NCBI GenBank assembly: GCA_934746715.1
Contig: CAKVFI010000002.1
Coordinates: forward strand, 142,425 to 206,424
Length of the DNA: 64,000 bases
Direction of reading: 5' to 3'
From: an uncultured Clostridia bacterium
GTDB taxonomy: Bacteria; Bacillota; Clostridia; Christensenellales; UBA1242
Both the position numbers and the translations under genes were made by a program. The notes under the pieces were generated by a model. That model was not told the DNA's origin, did not search any database, and was given only the letters and a program-made list of their open reading frames with translations. The first letter of the stretch is position 1. Each line of letters begins with the position of its first letter. Positions 38,698 to 47,027 of the stretch are shown here, in pieces.

Positions 38698-38749
38698 TCT
38701 TTTATGCCAAGAAAAATACACTCGCAAGGGTGTATTTTTTTATGTTAAA
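38689..38749 (+). repeat. Direct repeat copy 1 (rplL stop codon plus terminator)
   Basis: The 61 nt cttaaataatcttttatgccaagaaaaatacactcgcaagggtgtatttttttatgttaaa recur at 38829-38890 with one 1-nt insertion and one C-to-T change. Confidence 0.85.
38712..38741 (+). terminator. rplL rho-independent terminator
   Basis: AAAAATACACTC-GCAA-GGGTGTATTTTT: GNRA-tetraloop hairpin plus T-run. Confidence 0.75.
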
Positions 38750-38828
38750 AATTAAGTTAAATTAAGTGAGTAGCCCGAAAAGTTCAACAACCAAATGAAT
38801 TTTTGCAAAAAATTAATTTATTTTGAAG

Positions 38829-38890
38829 CTTAAATAATCTTTTATGCCAAGTAAAAATACACTCGTAAGGGTGTATTTTTTTATGTTAAA
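38829..38890 (+). repeat. Direct repeat copy 2 (second, orphan copy of the rplL 3' end and terminator)
   Basis: Near-identical to 38689-38749. The hairpin is retained with a GTAA loop (still GNRA) and T-run (38853-38882). Confidence 0.85.
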
Positions 38891-38900
38891 TATATACCGA

Positions 38901-38929
38901 TTGGTAATTTGATAATTAATTATTACCAT
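38901..38929 (+). promoter_or_regulatory. Candidate promoter with embedded inverted repeat (possible XRE operator)
   Basis: TTGGTA, 17-nt spacer, TACCAT. The inverted repeat GGTAAT-13 nt-ATTACC (38903-38927) spans the spacer. Confidence 0.3.
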
Positions 38930-38957
38930 TTGGTTTAACCTTTTTGTAGGTGGAATT

Positions 38958-39164
38958 ATGAATAACAAATTTGCTGAAAGGTTAAAAGAGTTGAGAGAAG
39001 ACATGGGTATTTCACAAGCAGAATTGGCAGAAAAAACTGGTTTTAGTGCACCATGTATTAATAGGTGGGAAAAGAATATTAGAATTCCTAATATTGAAAG
39101 TCTGTTTGTGCTTTGTCTTTTCTTTAAAGTTTCTGCTGATTATTTGATTGGGCTTGAAAACTAA
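38958..39164 (+). CDS. XRE-family helix-turn-helix transcriptional regulator (68 aa)
   Basis: FAERLKELREDMGISQAELAEKTGFSAPCINRWEKNIRIPNIESL is a classic Cro/C1 HTH. RBS GTAGGTGGA. Confidence 0.8.
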   Translation: MNNKFAERLKELREDMGISQAELAEKTGFSAPCINRWEKNIRIPNIESLFVLCLFFKVSADYLIGLEN

Positions 39165-39907
39165 TGAAGAAAAATAGGCGTTCATTTAAAGAGTGGTTGC
39201 TTGATGTTTTGTTTCCTAGGCATATCAAGTGCATTTTTTGTGGCGGCGAATTGAATGAAAATGCAGATAAAGAAACCTGCGAAACTTGTGCGGACAAATT
39301 GCCTTACATAACCAATGCATGCCCAAAGTGTGGCAACAAAATGGCAGAAGGTGAAGTTGGCGTTTGCTTTGAGTGCAAAACCAACAATTTTGAGTTTGAA
39401 CAGGCAGTTGCTGTGTTTGAATATACTGGCATGATTGTTAAAGCTGTGCATGATTTTAAATATCAAGGCAACAAACCAATTTTTGAACCGCTTGGGCAAT
39501 ATATGTGTGAAACTTTGGCAGGTTGGGGCATTGAACCTGACATTATTACTTTTGTACCCATAACAAAGAAAAAGCAAAAAGAGCGTGGTTTTAACCAAGC
39601 GGAATTGTTGGCGCGTTACATCGCAAAAGATTTTGACATTCCTTGTGCTCAAGTTGTGGAAAAAGTTAAAGAAACCGAAGTGCAAGCAAGTTTAAATTTC
39701 CGTCAAAGGCAAGAAAACATCAAAGATTGTTTTGAAGTTAAAAAAGACTATCGCAAATTGGTTAAAGGCTTGAACATTCTTTTGATTGATGATATTTTTA
39801 CAACTGGCGCAACAAGCAACGAAGTTAGCAGAATTTTAAAGTTGAGTGGAGCGGAAAAAGTTTTTGTTTTAACTTTGGCACACACTTTAAAACAAAAGGA
39901 TTATTAA
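39164..39907 (+). CDS. comFC: ComF-family protein (ComFC, double zinc ribbon plus phosphoribosyltransferase domain)
   Basis: N-terminal Cys pairs CIFCGG...CETC...CPKCG...CFEC. PRTase loop ILLIDDIFTTGATSNEV. The start overlaps the XRE stop (TAATG). Confidence 0.8.
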   Translation: MKKNRRSFKEWLLDVLFPRHIKCIFCGGELNENADKETCETCADKLPYITNACPKCGNKMAEGEVGVCFECKTNNFEFEQAVAVFEYTGMIVKAVHDFKYQGNKPIFEPLGQYMCETLAGWGIEPDIITFVPITKKKQKERGFNQAELLARYIAKDFDIPCAQVVEKVKETEVQASLNFRQRQENIKDCFEVKKDYRKLVKGLNILLIDDIFTTGATSNEVSRILKLSGAEKVFVLTLAHTLKQKDY

Positions 39908-39936
39908 AAATCTCGCAAGGAAAGCGAGATTTTTTG
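39906..39936. terminator. Bidirectional terminator between comFC and recD2
   Basis: AAAATCTCGC-aaggaaa-GCGAGATTTT with flanking A and T runs. It fills the 31-nt gap between convergent stops. Confidence 0.7.
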
Positions 39937-39938
39937 TT

Positions 39939-42194
39939 TTAAACATCTTTAAACTCCTCCACAACAAAATCTTTTAACAGAGTAAAGCGTTTTGCAGTGT
40001 AGTTGTTGTGAATCATTCTTGCCAATATTTGTTTGCTGCCAACAAGCACAACCGTCTTTTTTGCACGAGTGATTGCAGTATAAAGCAAATTTCTTGTTAC
40101 AATGATTGGTGCGCCCGGCACAAGTGGAATAACAACACAATCAAATTCACTGCCTTGGCTTTTGTGGATTGTTATTGCATATGCAAGCGTAATTTGATAA
40201 AGGTCAGTTTGAGCGTATCTGCAAATTTTGCCGTCATCAAAGCGAATTGTAACTTCGTGAGTGTCTGGTTCTATGCGAGTGATGTAACCAATGTCGCCAT
40301 TAAACACGCCTGTTCCTTGTTGAATTGTGCCATTTTGCTCATATTTTGTGTATTCCATTTCATAGTTGTTTTGAGTTTGCATAACTTTGTCGTTAACATG
40401 AAATTTTGAAAAGTCAGTTGCAAGTTCAACACCAGAAAAATGTGGATTGATTGTCATTTGCAAGCGTTTGTTTAAATTGTCTATGCCGCAAGGCCCCGCT
40501 TTCATTGGTGCAAGCACTTGAATGTTTGCAGGTTTGTAGCCAAAATAATTTGGCAAGCGTTTTGTAACCAAATCAACAATTGTTTCACTGTTTTTAACCA
40601 AATCGTTGCCGTTTTCGTAAAAGAAATCTTTGCTGGTGTTGTCAATAACTGGCATTTTTCCACTGTTAATTAAGTGGGCGTTTGTGATAATCAAACTGTC
40701 ATTGCCTTGGCGATAAATGTTTACAAGTTGAGTGGTGTGAATTTTGTGGCTTTCAATAAGGTCACGCAAGACATTGCCCGCACCAACACTTGGCAATTGA
40801 TCCTTATCACCAACCAAAATTAAACGGGCTGTGGATTTAAGCGCTTTTGTTAAATGATAAAGCAATCCAACATCAACCATACTAACTTCGTCAATTATCA
40901 CAACATCGGCGTCAAGTGGGTTGTTTTCGTTGCGGTGGAAAATGCCGTCGCCGTCCGCTGGGTTCATTTCCAATGCGCGATGAATGGTTTTTGCTTCCAT
41001 TCCGCTTGTTTCGGTTAGCCTTTTTGACGCTCTGCCAGTTGGGGCGCACAATAGCACTTTTTTGTGTTGTTGCTTTAACATCTCCAAAATGCAGCGCACG
41101 ATTGTTGTTTTACCAGTGCCGGGGCCGCCAGTGATAATGCTAACACCTTGGTTTAAACTTGCCATAACTGCGTCGGTTTGTTCGCCATTAAGTTGAATTT
41201 TGTGTATGCGTTGATACAAATTAATGTTATCAATAAAATTAAATTTTTCATCAAATTGGTTCATGGAAAGTTTAACAAGCTTGCGGGCAATGTACTTTTC
41301 TTGATAGTAAAATTTTGTAAGCACGCAGATATCTTCGCCATGATAGTTAAAGTTTTTAACCATGCCCTCAATTTGCAAATAGTCAATGCATTTTTCAATC
41401 AAACTTGTTTCCGCGTCTGTAAACGCCAAAATTTCAATGCAACTTTGCACCAAAACAGATTTTGGCAAGTAGGTGTGTCCTTCGCGCTCGCTGGCAGTTT
41501 TTAAGGTGTACACAAGCCCTGCCTTTATGCGGTTTTCACCATACAAATCAATGCCCAGTTTAATTGCAATTTTATCTGCTGTTGTAAAACCAATGCCTTC
41601 AACATCTTCAACCAATTGATATGGGTTTGATTTTACAACTTCAATGGTTTTTTCCTTGTAAATATTGTAAATTTTTATTGCCATGTTGGTTGTTATTTGG
41701 TTTGTTTGCAAAAACATAACAACATTTTGCATTTCCTTCATTTCGTTATAAGCGTTGGAAATTTCCACTGCCTTTTGTTTTGATATGCCTTTAATTTTGC
41801 TTAATTTTACAGGATTGAACTCCATAACTGCCAAAGTGTCAAGCCCAAACTCCTCCACAATTCGTTTTGCGGTAACTGGCCCAACGCCATAAATCAAGCC
41901 ACTTGCCAAATATTTTTCAATGGCTGGCAGGGTGGTTGGTTCAACAACTTTGCCATCGGTTACTTGAAATTGCTCCCCAAACTTTTTGTTTACCACAAAA
42001 TTGCCTTCCAACTCCAATGTTTGCCCTTCATAAACTTCTGGCAAAGAGCCTACAACTGTCAACTTCTTTTTGTTGTATGAAAGATTTATAACGGAGTATC
42101 CGTTTTCCACGTTTCTAAAAACAGTGTTTTCCACATTGCCAACAATTTTCATAACACTATAATACATAATTTTAATTTTTTTCGCAAGCAACAT
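39939..42194 (-). CDS. recD2: RecD2-type SF1B ATP-dependent DNA helicase
   Basis: Walker A ITGGPGTGKTT; VIIDEVSMVD; helix-hairpin-helix region; C-terminal AITIHKSQGSEF...LLYTAITRAKK. The start is uncertain because no clear RBS exists; MKIVGNVE at 42152 is an alternative. Confidence 0.85.
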   Translation of the reverse strand: MLLAKKIKIMYYSVMKIVGNVENTVFRNVENGYSVINLSYNKKKLTVVGSLPEVYEGQTLELEGNFVVNKKFGEQFQVTDGKVVEPTTLPAIEKYLASGLIYGVGPVTAKRIVEEFGLDTLAVMEFNPVKLSKIKGISKQKAVEISNAYNEMKEMQNVVMFLQTNQITTNMAIKIYNIYKEKTIEVVKSNPYQLVEDVEGIGFTTADKIAIKLGIDLYGENRIKAGLVYTLKTASEREGHTYLPKSVLVQSCIEILAFTDAETSLIEKCIDYLQIEGMVKNFNYHGEDICVLTKFYYQEKYIARKLVKLSMNQFDEKFNFIDNINLYQRIHKIQLNGEQTDAVMASLNQGVSIITGGPGTGKTTIVRCILEMLKQQHKKVLLCAPTGRASKRLTETSGMEAKTIHRALEMNPADGDGIFHRNENNPLDADVVIIDEVSMVDVGLLYHLTKALKSTARLILVGDKDQLPSVGAGNVLRDLIESHKIHTTQLVNIYRQGNDSLIITNAHLINSGKMPVIDNTSKDFFYENGNDLVKNSETIVDLVTKRLPNYFGYKPANIQVLAPMKAGPCGIDNLNKRLQMTINPHFSGVELATDFSKFHVNDKVMQTQNNYEMEYTKYEQNGTIQQGTGVFNGDIGYITRIEPDTHEVTIRFDDGKICRYAQTDLYQITLAYAITIHKSQGSEFDCVVIPLVPGAPIIVTRNLLYTAITRAKKTVVLVGSKQILARMIHNNYTAKRFTLLKDFVVEEFKDV

Positions 42195-42266
42195 GCCAGT
42201 TTTGTTTTACAATCTTTGTTGATATTGTTAAAATATAAAAGAAAATTATTTAGCAAAGGAAATAAT

Positions 42267-42884
42267 ATGAAAAAGTTTTTTAAAGAATTTAAAGAGTTTA
42301 TTTCAAAAGGCAATGTGTTTGACATGGCTGTGGGCTTAATTATTGCAACAGCATTCAACAAAATTGTTTCAAGTTTGGTTAATGATATCATCATGCCGCT
42401 CATCACATGGGGCACTGGTGCTGCAAGTTTGGCAGATTTAAGCATTGTGTTGAGGCGTGATGCTGCTGGTGTGCCAACGCTTACTTGGGCTTACGGCAAC
42501 TTTATTCAAACAATTATTGATTTCTTTATCATTGCGTTAAGTGTGTTTGTTATGGTTAAAATTGTCAATGCTTCACGCAAGAAGTTCAAGGAAATGGAAG
42601 AACTTATTGTGCATGAATCAAAAAAAGAAGTTCGTGCGGAACGCAAAGCTGTAAAGTTACAAGCAAAACAAGAAAATCGACCATATAAAGAAGTGTGGGC
42701 AGAACATTTGGAAGAAAAAGCAAAACAACAGGCAGAACTTAAAGCAAAACTTGAAAAAGAAAAGGCAGAAAAGGAAGCAGAAGAACGCCGCAACAACCCA
42801 ACCGAACAAGAATTGCTTAAACAAATACGCGATTTGCTTGCCAGCCAAAGCGCAAAAACAAAAAAGCAAAAAGCAGACAAATAA
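42267..42884 (+). CDS. mscL: Large-conductance mechanosensitive channel MscL with a long K/E-rich C-terminal extension
   Basis: FKEFISKGNVFDMAVGLIIATAFNKIVSSLVNDIIMPLI and a second TM FIQTIIDFFIIALSVFVMVK. A charged tail of roughly 90 aa follows. Start at 42267 behind AAAGGAAA. Confidence 0.85.
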   Translation: MKKFFKEFKEFISKGNVFDMAVGLIIATAFNKIVSSLVNDIIMPLITWGTGAASLADLSIVLRRDAAGVPTLTWAYGNFIQTIIDFFIIALSVFVMVKIVNASRKKFKEMEELIVHESKKEVRAERKAVKLQAKQENRPYKEVWAEHLEEKAKQQAELKAKLEKEKAEKEAEERRNNPTEQELLKQIRDLLASQSAKTKKQKADK

Positions 42885-42929
42885 ATATAAGCAAAAAATG
42901 TCAATCATTGTTGTTTGGCATTTTTTTAT

Positions 42930-42965
42930 GCCTTAAATCAATTAAGGCTTGATTTTGATTTTTGC
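42930..42965 (+). terminator. Candidate mscL terminator
   Basis: GCCTTAA-atcaa-TTAAGGC followed by a T-rich tail. An overlapping alternative hairpin GGCAT-ttttt-ATGCC lies at 42917-42932. Confidence 0.45.
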
Positions 42966-43130
42966 TGTGCAGTTGTGCAAATGATGTGGAAAAATTGATT
43001 GATAATTATTTGGTTGAAGGGTAAAATATTTTGAAAAAAGTTTAAAAAATTTAAAAATTTGCAAAAAATAGCACATTTTTATGATTTTTGTTGAAAAAAC
43101 ATGCTGAAATAAAAAATTTTATTTGGGGTA

Positions 43131-43158
43131 TTGACAAAATGTGGATTTGCGGTATAAT
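43131..43158 (+). promoter_or_regulatory. Sigma-A promoter of the 1067-aa GLUG protein gene
   Basis: TTGACA, 16-nt spacer, TATAAT. Confidence 0.65.
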
Positions 43159-43188
43159 ATCACCGAAAAATCATTTCAAGGTGGGAAT

Positions 43189-46100
43189 ATGAAAAAGTTT
43201 TTAGTGTTTTTAATTTCAATCGTAGTTGTGGTAAGTTTTGGTTTGGTTACTTACTACTTTTTGCGTAATGATGAAGTTATCAACTTCAAAACAACTGAAA
43301 TTTACTGCAATGTTGGGGATATTGTAACAATTAACGATTTGGGCAAAACCGTTAAAAAACAATCCAACAAAACAAAATATAATTACAACGCCGCTGGGGA
43401 CGATGTTGTTTCTGCTATCAAATATAACGATGGCAAAGGCTACTATGTTGCTCAAAAGGGCGGTGATTATGAAGTTGTTATCTCAACAACCAACAAAAAG
43501 TTTAAAGAGTTTAAATTCACCGTTCATATTGGTGATGGTAGTGAATCAAATCCATATTTTGTTAAAGATGAACAATCTTTAAATAAAATTGGCAATGTAT
43601 ATTCTTTAAGTTCAAATTATGTACTCACAGCAGATGTTTTGCTTTCAAACGATTTTAAACCAATCGGTTATGATGCTGAAACATCTTCATGGTTAGGCTT
43701 TTCTGGTGTGTTTAATGGCAACAATCACACAATCACTGGTTCAACATACAATTTTGAAACAGAAAATGCAGGTTTGTTCTATTCACTTAATGGCGCATCA
43801 ATCAAAAACTTAACATTAAAATCATTCAAAATTTCTGGTGACTATTCAACAGTTGGCGTGCTTGCAGGCAGTGCAAACAATAGTGCTGTAAGCAATGTGG
43901 CTGTTGACAATTCTACAATCACAAACACTCAAGTTAATGGTATTGCTGGTGGTTTGATTGGCACAGTTGTTGGCAACGCATCATCAATCACAACATGTTC
44001 AGTTAATAACATCGAATTGCTTTCTCCAGACACTGTTTCAGCAACAGTTACATTTGGTGGTTTTGTTGGAAAACTTAATCAAGGTTCAATCCGTGGTTGT
44101 TTGTCGACTGGTAACATCAATGTTGCAAACGACGCAAGCAAAGTTGCTGGCTTTGTTGGAGAAATGGTTATCTCTTCAAGTTACGGCACAATTCAACAAT
44201 CATATTCAGTTGTAAGTTGTGAAATGGTTAATTATGCGGGCTTTGTTCACACAATTTCTTCAACTGGCGATTTAACTGGTGTTAATTATTTAAAATACCT
44301 TATTGGTAACTATGCAGTTGTTGGTGCTCATGATGCTGTTAAAGAAAAACCTGCAATCATAACAACTTTATACGATGAAACAAAAGGTGTTTATGGCATT
44401 AAAACATACAACGAAGCTGTTGACATGAAAACAGCAAGTTCATATGTTTACTATGCTATTGAAGGTCAAAAAGAAATGTGGGATAGTTTTATTTGGAAAA
44501 TTATTCCTGGCAACTTGCCTACATTATATACAACAAACTTAACTCCATCAGCAGTTAGCAGTGAATATTTCCTTATGGATAACGACAAACATTTTGGTAT
44601 AGACACAAATTCATTTATTGATTTTGTTAACACATGCAGAACAACAGATGGAAAAATTAAAGATAAATATTTTGTTTTGAATTCAGATATTGATTTGGCA
44701 GAAATTGATTGGAAAGCAATTGATGTTGAAAACTCAATTATTGATGGTAAAGGTCACAAAATTTCTAACCTTAAATTAAAAAATGTTAACAATGGCAGTT
44801 TGTCATTCTTTGGCACAGTAAACAACAGTACAATCAAAAACATTGTGTTTGAAAATGTGTCATTTGAAGCTGATGCAGAAAACGCTTCAGTTGTTGCAAA
44901 TGTTGTTAAAGCAACTGACTCTTCAACAGGCGCAAGCAACATCGAAGGTATCGAAATCAGTTTCAACAATGAAATTGCAAAACAATTCACAAACTTTGCT
45001 TCAATTGCAAATCAAGTTGTTGATGGTTCAGCAATTAAAAATTGCACAATCTCTAACCTTACAATAAATGCAGACACAAAAATCAACAATGTTGCTTCAG
45101 TTGTTAACACAATTGGCAAAGATTCACGCGTTGTTAAAGCAAATATAAATGCAAGCCTTAAAGCGCAATCAAGTGTTGCGGGCGTTGCAAACACAAACAA
45201 TGGTTCAGTTTTGGACACAACTGCAAACATTTCAATCAATCATACAAATGAAAATTCAATAGCAACAATCGCTGGTTTGGTTGGTGTGAACAAGGGTGAA
45301 ATTTCAAAAGCAAACTTAACTTTGAGTGTTAATGTTGAAAAATCTGCAGACAACACAAAAGTTGCTGGTGTAACAACTGTTAACTCTGGCAATGTTTCAG
45401 ATGTTGCATTATTGGGCAGTGGTATTTCTGCTTCAAACAACAGTTCAGAATATTTGTATATTGCAGGTTTTGCTTGCGAAAACAATGGCAAAATTTCCTC
45501 TTCAAAATGTGAAGTTGAAAAACTTGGCACATACAATGCAGACAAACGTCATTACGTGGCAGGTATTGCTGTTGAAAACTCTGGCAACAATTCAGTTATC
45601 AACCAAGTTGTTGTAACATCAGAAATCAATGGTAACACAGTTGCTGGTGCGGTTGTTAAAATGAACAATGCTTCTGCAAAGATTGAACAAATTGTTATCG
45701 GTGCTTACAATTTTGCAGATGGCACAATGAATCAAAACCTTATTAAAGGTGATAGATTCGTTGCAGGTGTTGTGTTGGATTTGCGCAATGGTAGTGTTGC
45801 AAATGTTCAAACAAACAGCCAAATTTATGGCACCAAAAACAGCACAGTTTCTTCATTTGTTGCATTAATTTTCCCAAACGGAGCATCTTTCAAAAAAGCA
45901 ACAATCAACAGCTCATTCAATGGTTATGGCAAATTCTACAGTGAATGCTGGCAAGATTTCCGTAATGCAAGCAGCGAAATTAAAGCAGAATTAAATTATC
46001 AAACAACAGGCAATTCAGACCGTAGTTTTGATATTCTTGACTATGATGCTTCAGCTGGTAGTTTCCAATCTGTTATCATCAATGAAACAGCAGCAAATAA

Positions 46101-46392
46101 ATACAACAAACAATATCAAACAGCAACATTTATTTCAGAAGGTGTGTTCTTCGGTGCTTATCAATGGCCTTCATATGAAGACACTGATAGAAGTAGTTTC
46201 TTTAAATTTGTTGGCGAAGCTGATTTCAAAAAGGTTTCAACTTACAAAGGTTCAGTTACTATGACAACACCAAAAGGTTTGTTCAATTGGGGCAGAGCAA
46301 CATTTACAAAACAATGTCAATTTGACTTTGATTCAGATTGGACAGAAGTTGCAAACAATGGTATTGCATTGACATTCTTGTTAAATATGTAA
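43189..46392 (+). CDS. 1067-aa membrane-anchored surface protein with two GLUG-type beta-helix modules
   Basis: Start MKKFLVFLISIVVVVSFGLVTYYFL behind GGTGGG (ORF track starts at GTG 43141). Contains GDGSESNPYFVKDEQSLNKI...FSGVFNGNNHTITG, a second opener YFVLNSDIDLAEIDWKAI...IDGKGHKISNLKL, and IAGGLIGTV/FGGFVGKL/IAGLVGVN repeats. Confidence 0.85.
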   Translation: MKKFLVFLISIVVVVSFGLVTYYFLRNDEVINFKTTEIYCNVGDIVTINDLGKTVKKQSNKTKYNYNAAGDDVVSAIKYNDGKGYYVAQKGGDYEVVISTTNKKFKEFKFTVHIGDGSESNPYFVKDEQSLNKIGNVYSLSSNYVLTADVLLSNDFKPIGYDAETSSWLGFSGVFNGNNHTITGSTYNFETENAGLFYSLNGASIKNLTLKSFKISGDYSTVGVLAGSANNSAVSNVAVDNSTITNTQVNGIAGGLIGTVVGNASSITTCSVNNIELLSPDTVSATVTFGGFVGKLNQGSIRGCLSTGNINVANDASKVAGFVGEMVISSSYGTIQQSYSVVSCEMVNYAGFVHTISSTGDLTGVNYLKYLIGNYAVVGAHDAVKEKPAIITTLYDETKGVYGIKTYNEAVDMKTASSYVYYAIEGQKEMWDSFIWKIIPGNLPTLYTTNLTPSAVSSEYFLMDNDKHFGIDTNSFIDFVNTCRTTDGKIKDKYFVLNSDIDLAEIDWKAIDVENSIIDGKGHKISNLKLKNVNNGSLSFFGTVNNSTIKNIVFENVSFEADAENASVVANVVKATDSSTGASNIEGIEISFNNEIAKQFTNFASIANQVVDGSAIKNCTISNLTINADTKINNVASVVNTIGKDSRVVKANINASLKAQSSVAGVANTNNGSVLDTTANISINHTNENSIATIAGLVGVNKGEISKANLTLSVNVEKSADNTKVAGVTTVNSGNVSDVALLGSGISASNNSSEYLYIAGFACENNGKISSSKCEVEKLGTYNADKRHYVAGIAVENSGNNSVINQVVVTSEINGNTVAGAVVKMNNASAKIEQIVIGAYNFADGTMNQNLIKGDRFVAGVVLDLRNGSVANVQTNSQIYGTKNSTVSSFVALIFPNGASFKKATINSSFNGYGKFYSECWQDFRNASSEIKAELNYQTTGNSDRSFDILDYDASAGSFQSVIINETAANKYNKQYQTATFISEGVFFGAYQWPSYEDTDRSSFFKFVGEADFKKVSTYKGSVTMTTPKGLFNWGRATFTKQCQFDFDSDWTEVANNGIALTFLLNM

Positions 46393-46396
46393 CAAC

Positions 46397-46425
46397 AAAA
46401 AATCCACAGAAATGTGGATTTTTTG
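46397..46425 (+). terminator. Rho-independent terminator
   Basis: AAAAAATCCACA-gaaa-TGTGGATTTTTT. Confidence 0.75.
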
Positions 46426-46543
46426 TTGCCTAATTGTTTTCACTTGTTACTTTTATCGTTTAAACAAAACTTAAATATATGTTAAATTTTATTTGCCCTT
46501 TAAAATAGATTAACAACAAAAATATGATTGTGTGCTTACATAA

Positions 46544-46574
46544 TAAAAAAAATCCGCAATTGTGCGGATTTTTA
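46544..46574 (-). terminator. spoVG terminator
   Basis: ATCCGCA-attg-TGCGGAT with an A8 run that reads as a T-run on the minus strand, just after the spoVG stop. Confidence 0.7.
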
Positions 46575-46578
46575 AAAT

Positions 46579-46845
46579 CTATTGGTTTGCTTTTTCTTTT
46601 TCATAAGCAGCCAACACAGCAGAAACGATTTGCTCACGAGTTTCAGTGTTTGCAGGATGTACAATATCTCTGTATTCACCGCTTGGAGCTTGCCTTGATG
46701 GCATAGCTATGAAATAACCATTTGAGCCTTCAATAATCTTGACATCGTGCACAACAAATGCATCGTCAATTGTGAATGAGGCAACGGCCTTCAACTTGCT
46801 ATCATCTTTGCTAACCATACGAATCCTAATGTCTGTGATTTTCAA
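46579..46845 (-). CDS. spoVG: Regulatory protein SpoVG
   Basis: MKITDIRIRMV...AVASFTIDDAFVVHDVKIIEGSNGYFIAMPSRQAPSGEYRDIVHPANTETRE matches SpoVG throughout. TTG start behind GGAAGGTGA. Confidence 0.9.
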   Translation of the reverse strand: MKITDIRIRMVSKDDSKLKAVASFTIDDAFVVHDVKIIEGSNGYFIAMPSRQAPSGEYRDIVHPANTETREQIVSAVLAAYEKEKANQ

Positions 46846-47027
46846 GTCTGTTCACCTTCCCCTTTATAGATTAACCTAGATTTTTTGCAAAGCAAATATC
46901 TTAGTCAACTATATTTTAACATAAACAGGCAAAAAATCAAACTAAAATAAAAACAAATCTCAAAATATTTTTTTGAGTGTTTAATCAAAAATCCAACCAT
47001 TTTTTTTGTTTTTTCATATATAGAATT

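Noticed and set aside
38254-38727. 157-aa minus-strand ORF covering rplL; likewise 39182-39685 (antisense to comFC), 52674-53228 (antisense to the 611-aa gene) and 54801-55109 (antisense to rpsJ)
   Set aside because: They lie opposite conserved genes whose products I recognise. Their sequences are Cys/Phe/Asn-rich nonsense with no RBS.
43141-43188. N-terminal extensions in the ORF track (GTG 43141, GTG 46977, TTG 61442, ATG 55205, 60293, 61852, 38290, 42216, 53829 and 17148)
   Set aside because: In each case an internal start sits at proper distance from an AGGAG-like RBS and restores the canonical N-terminus of the protein family. The extensions overlap upstream genes, promoters or leaders.
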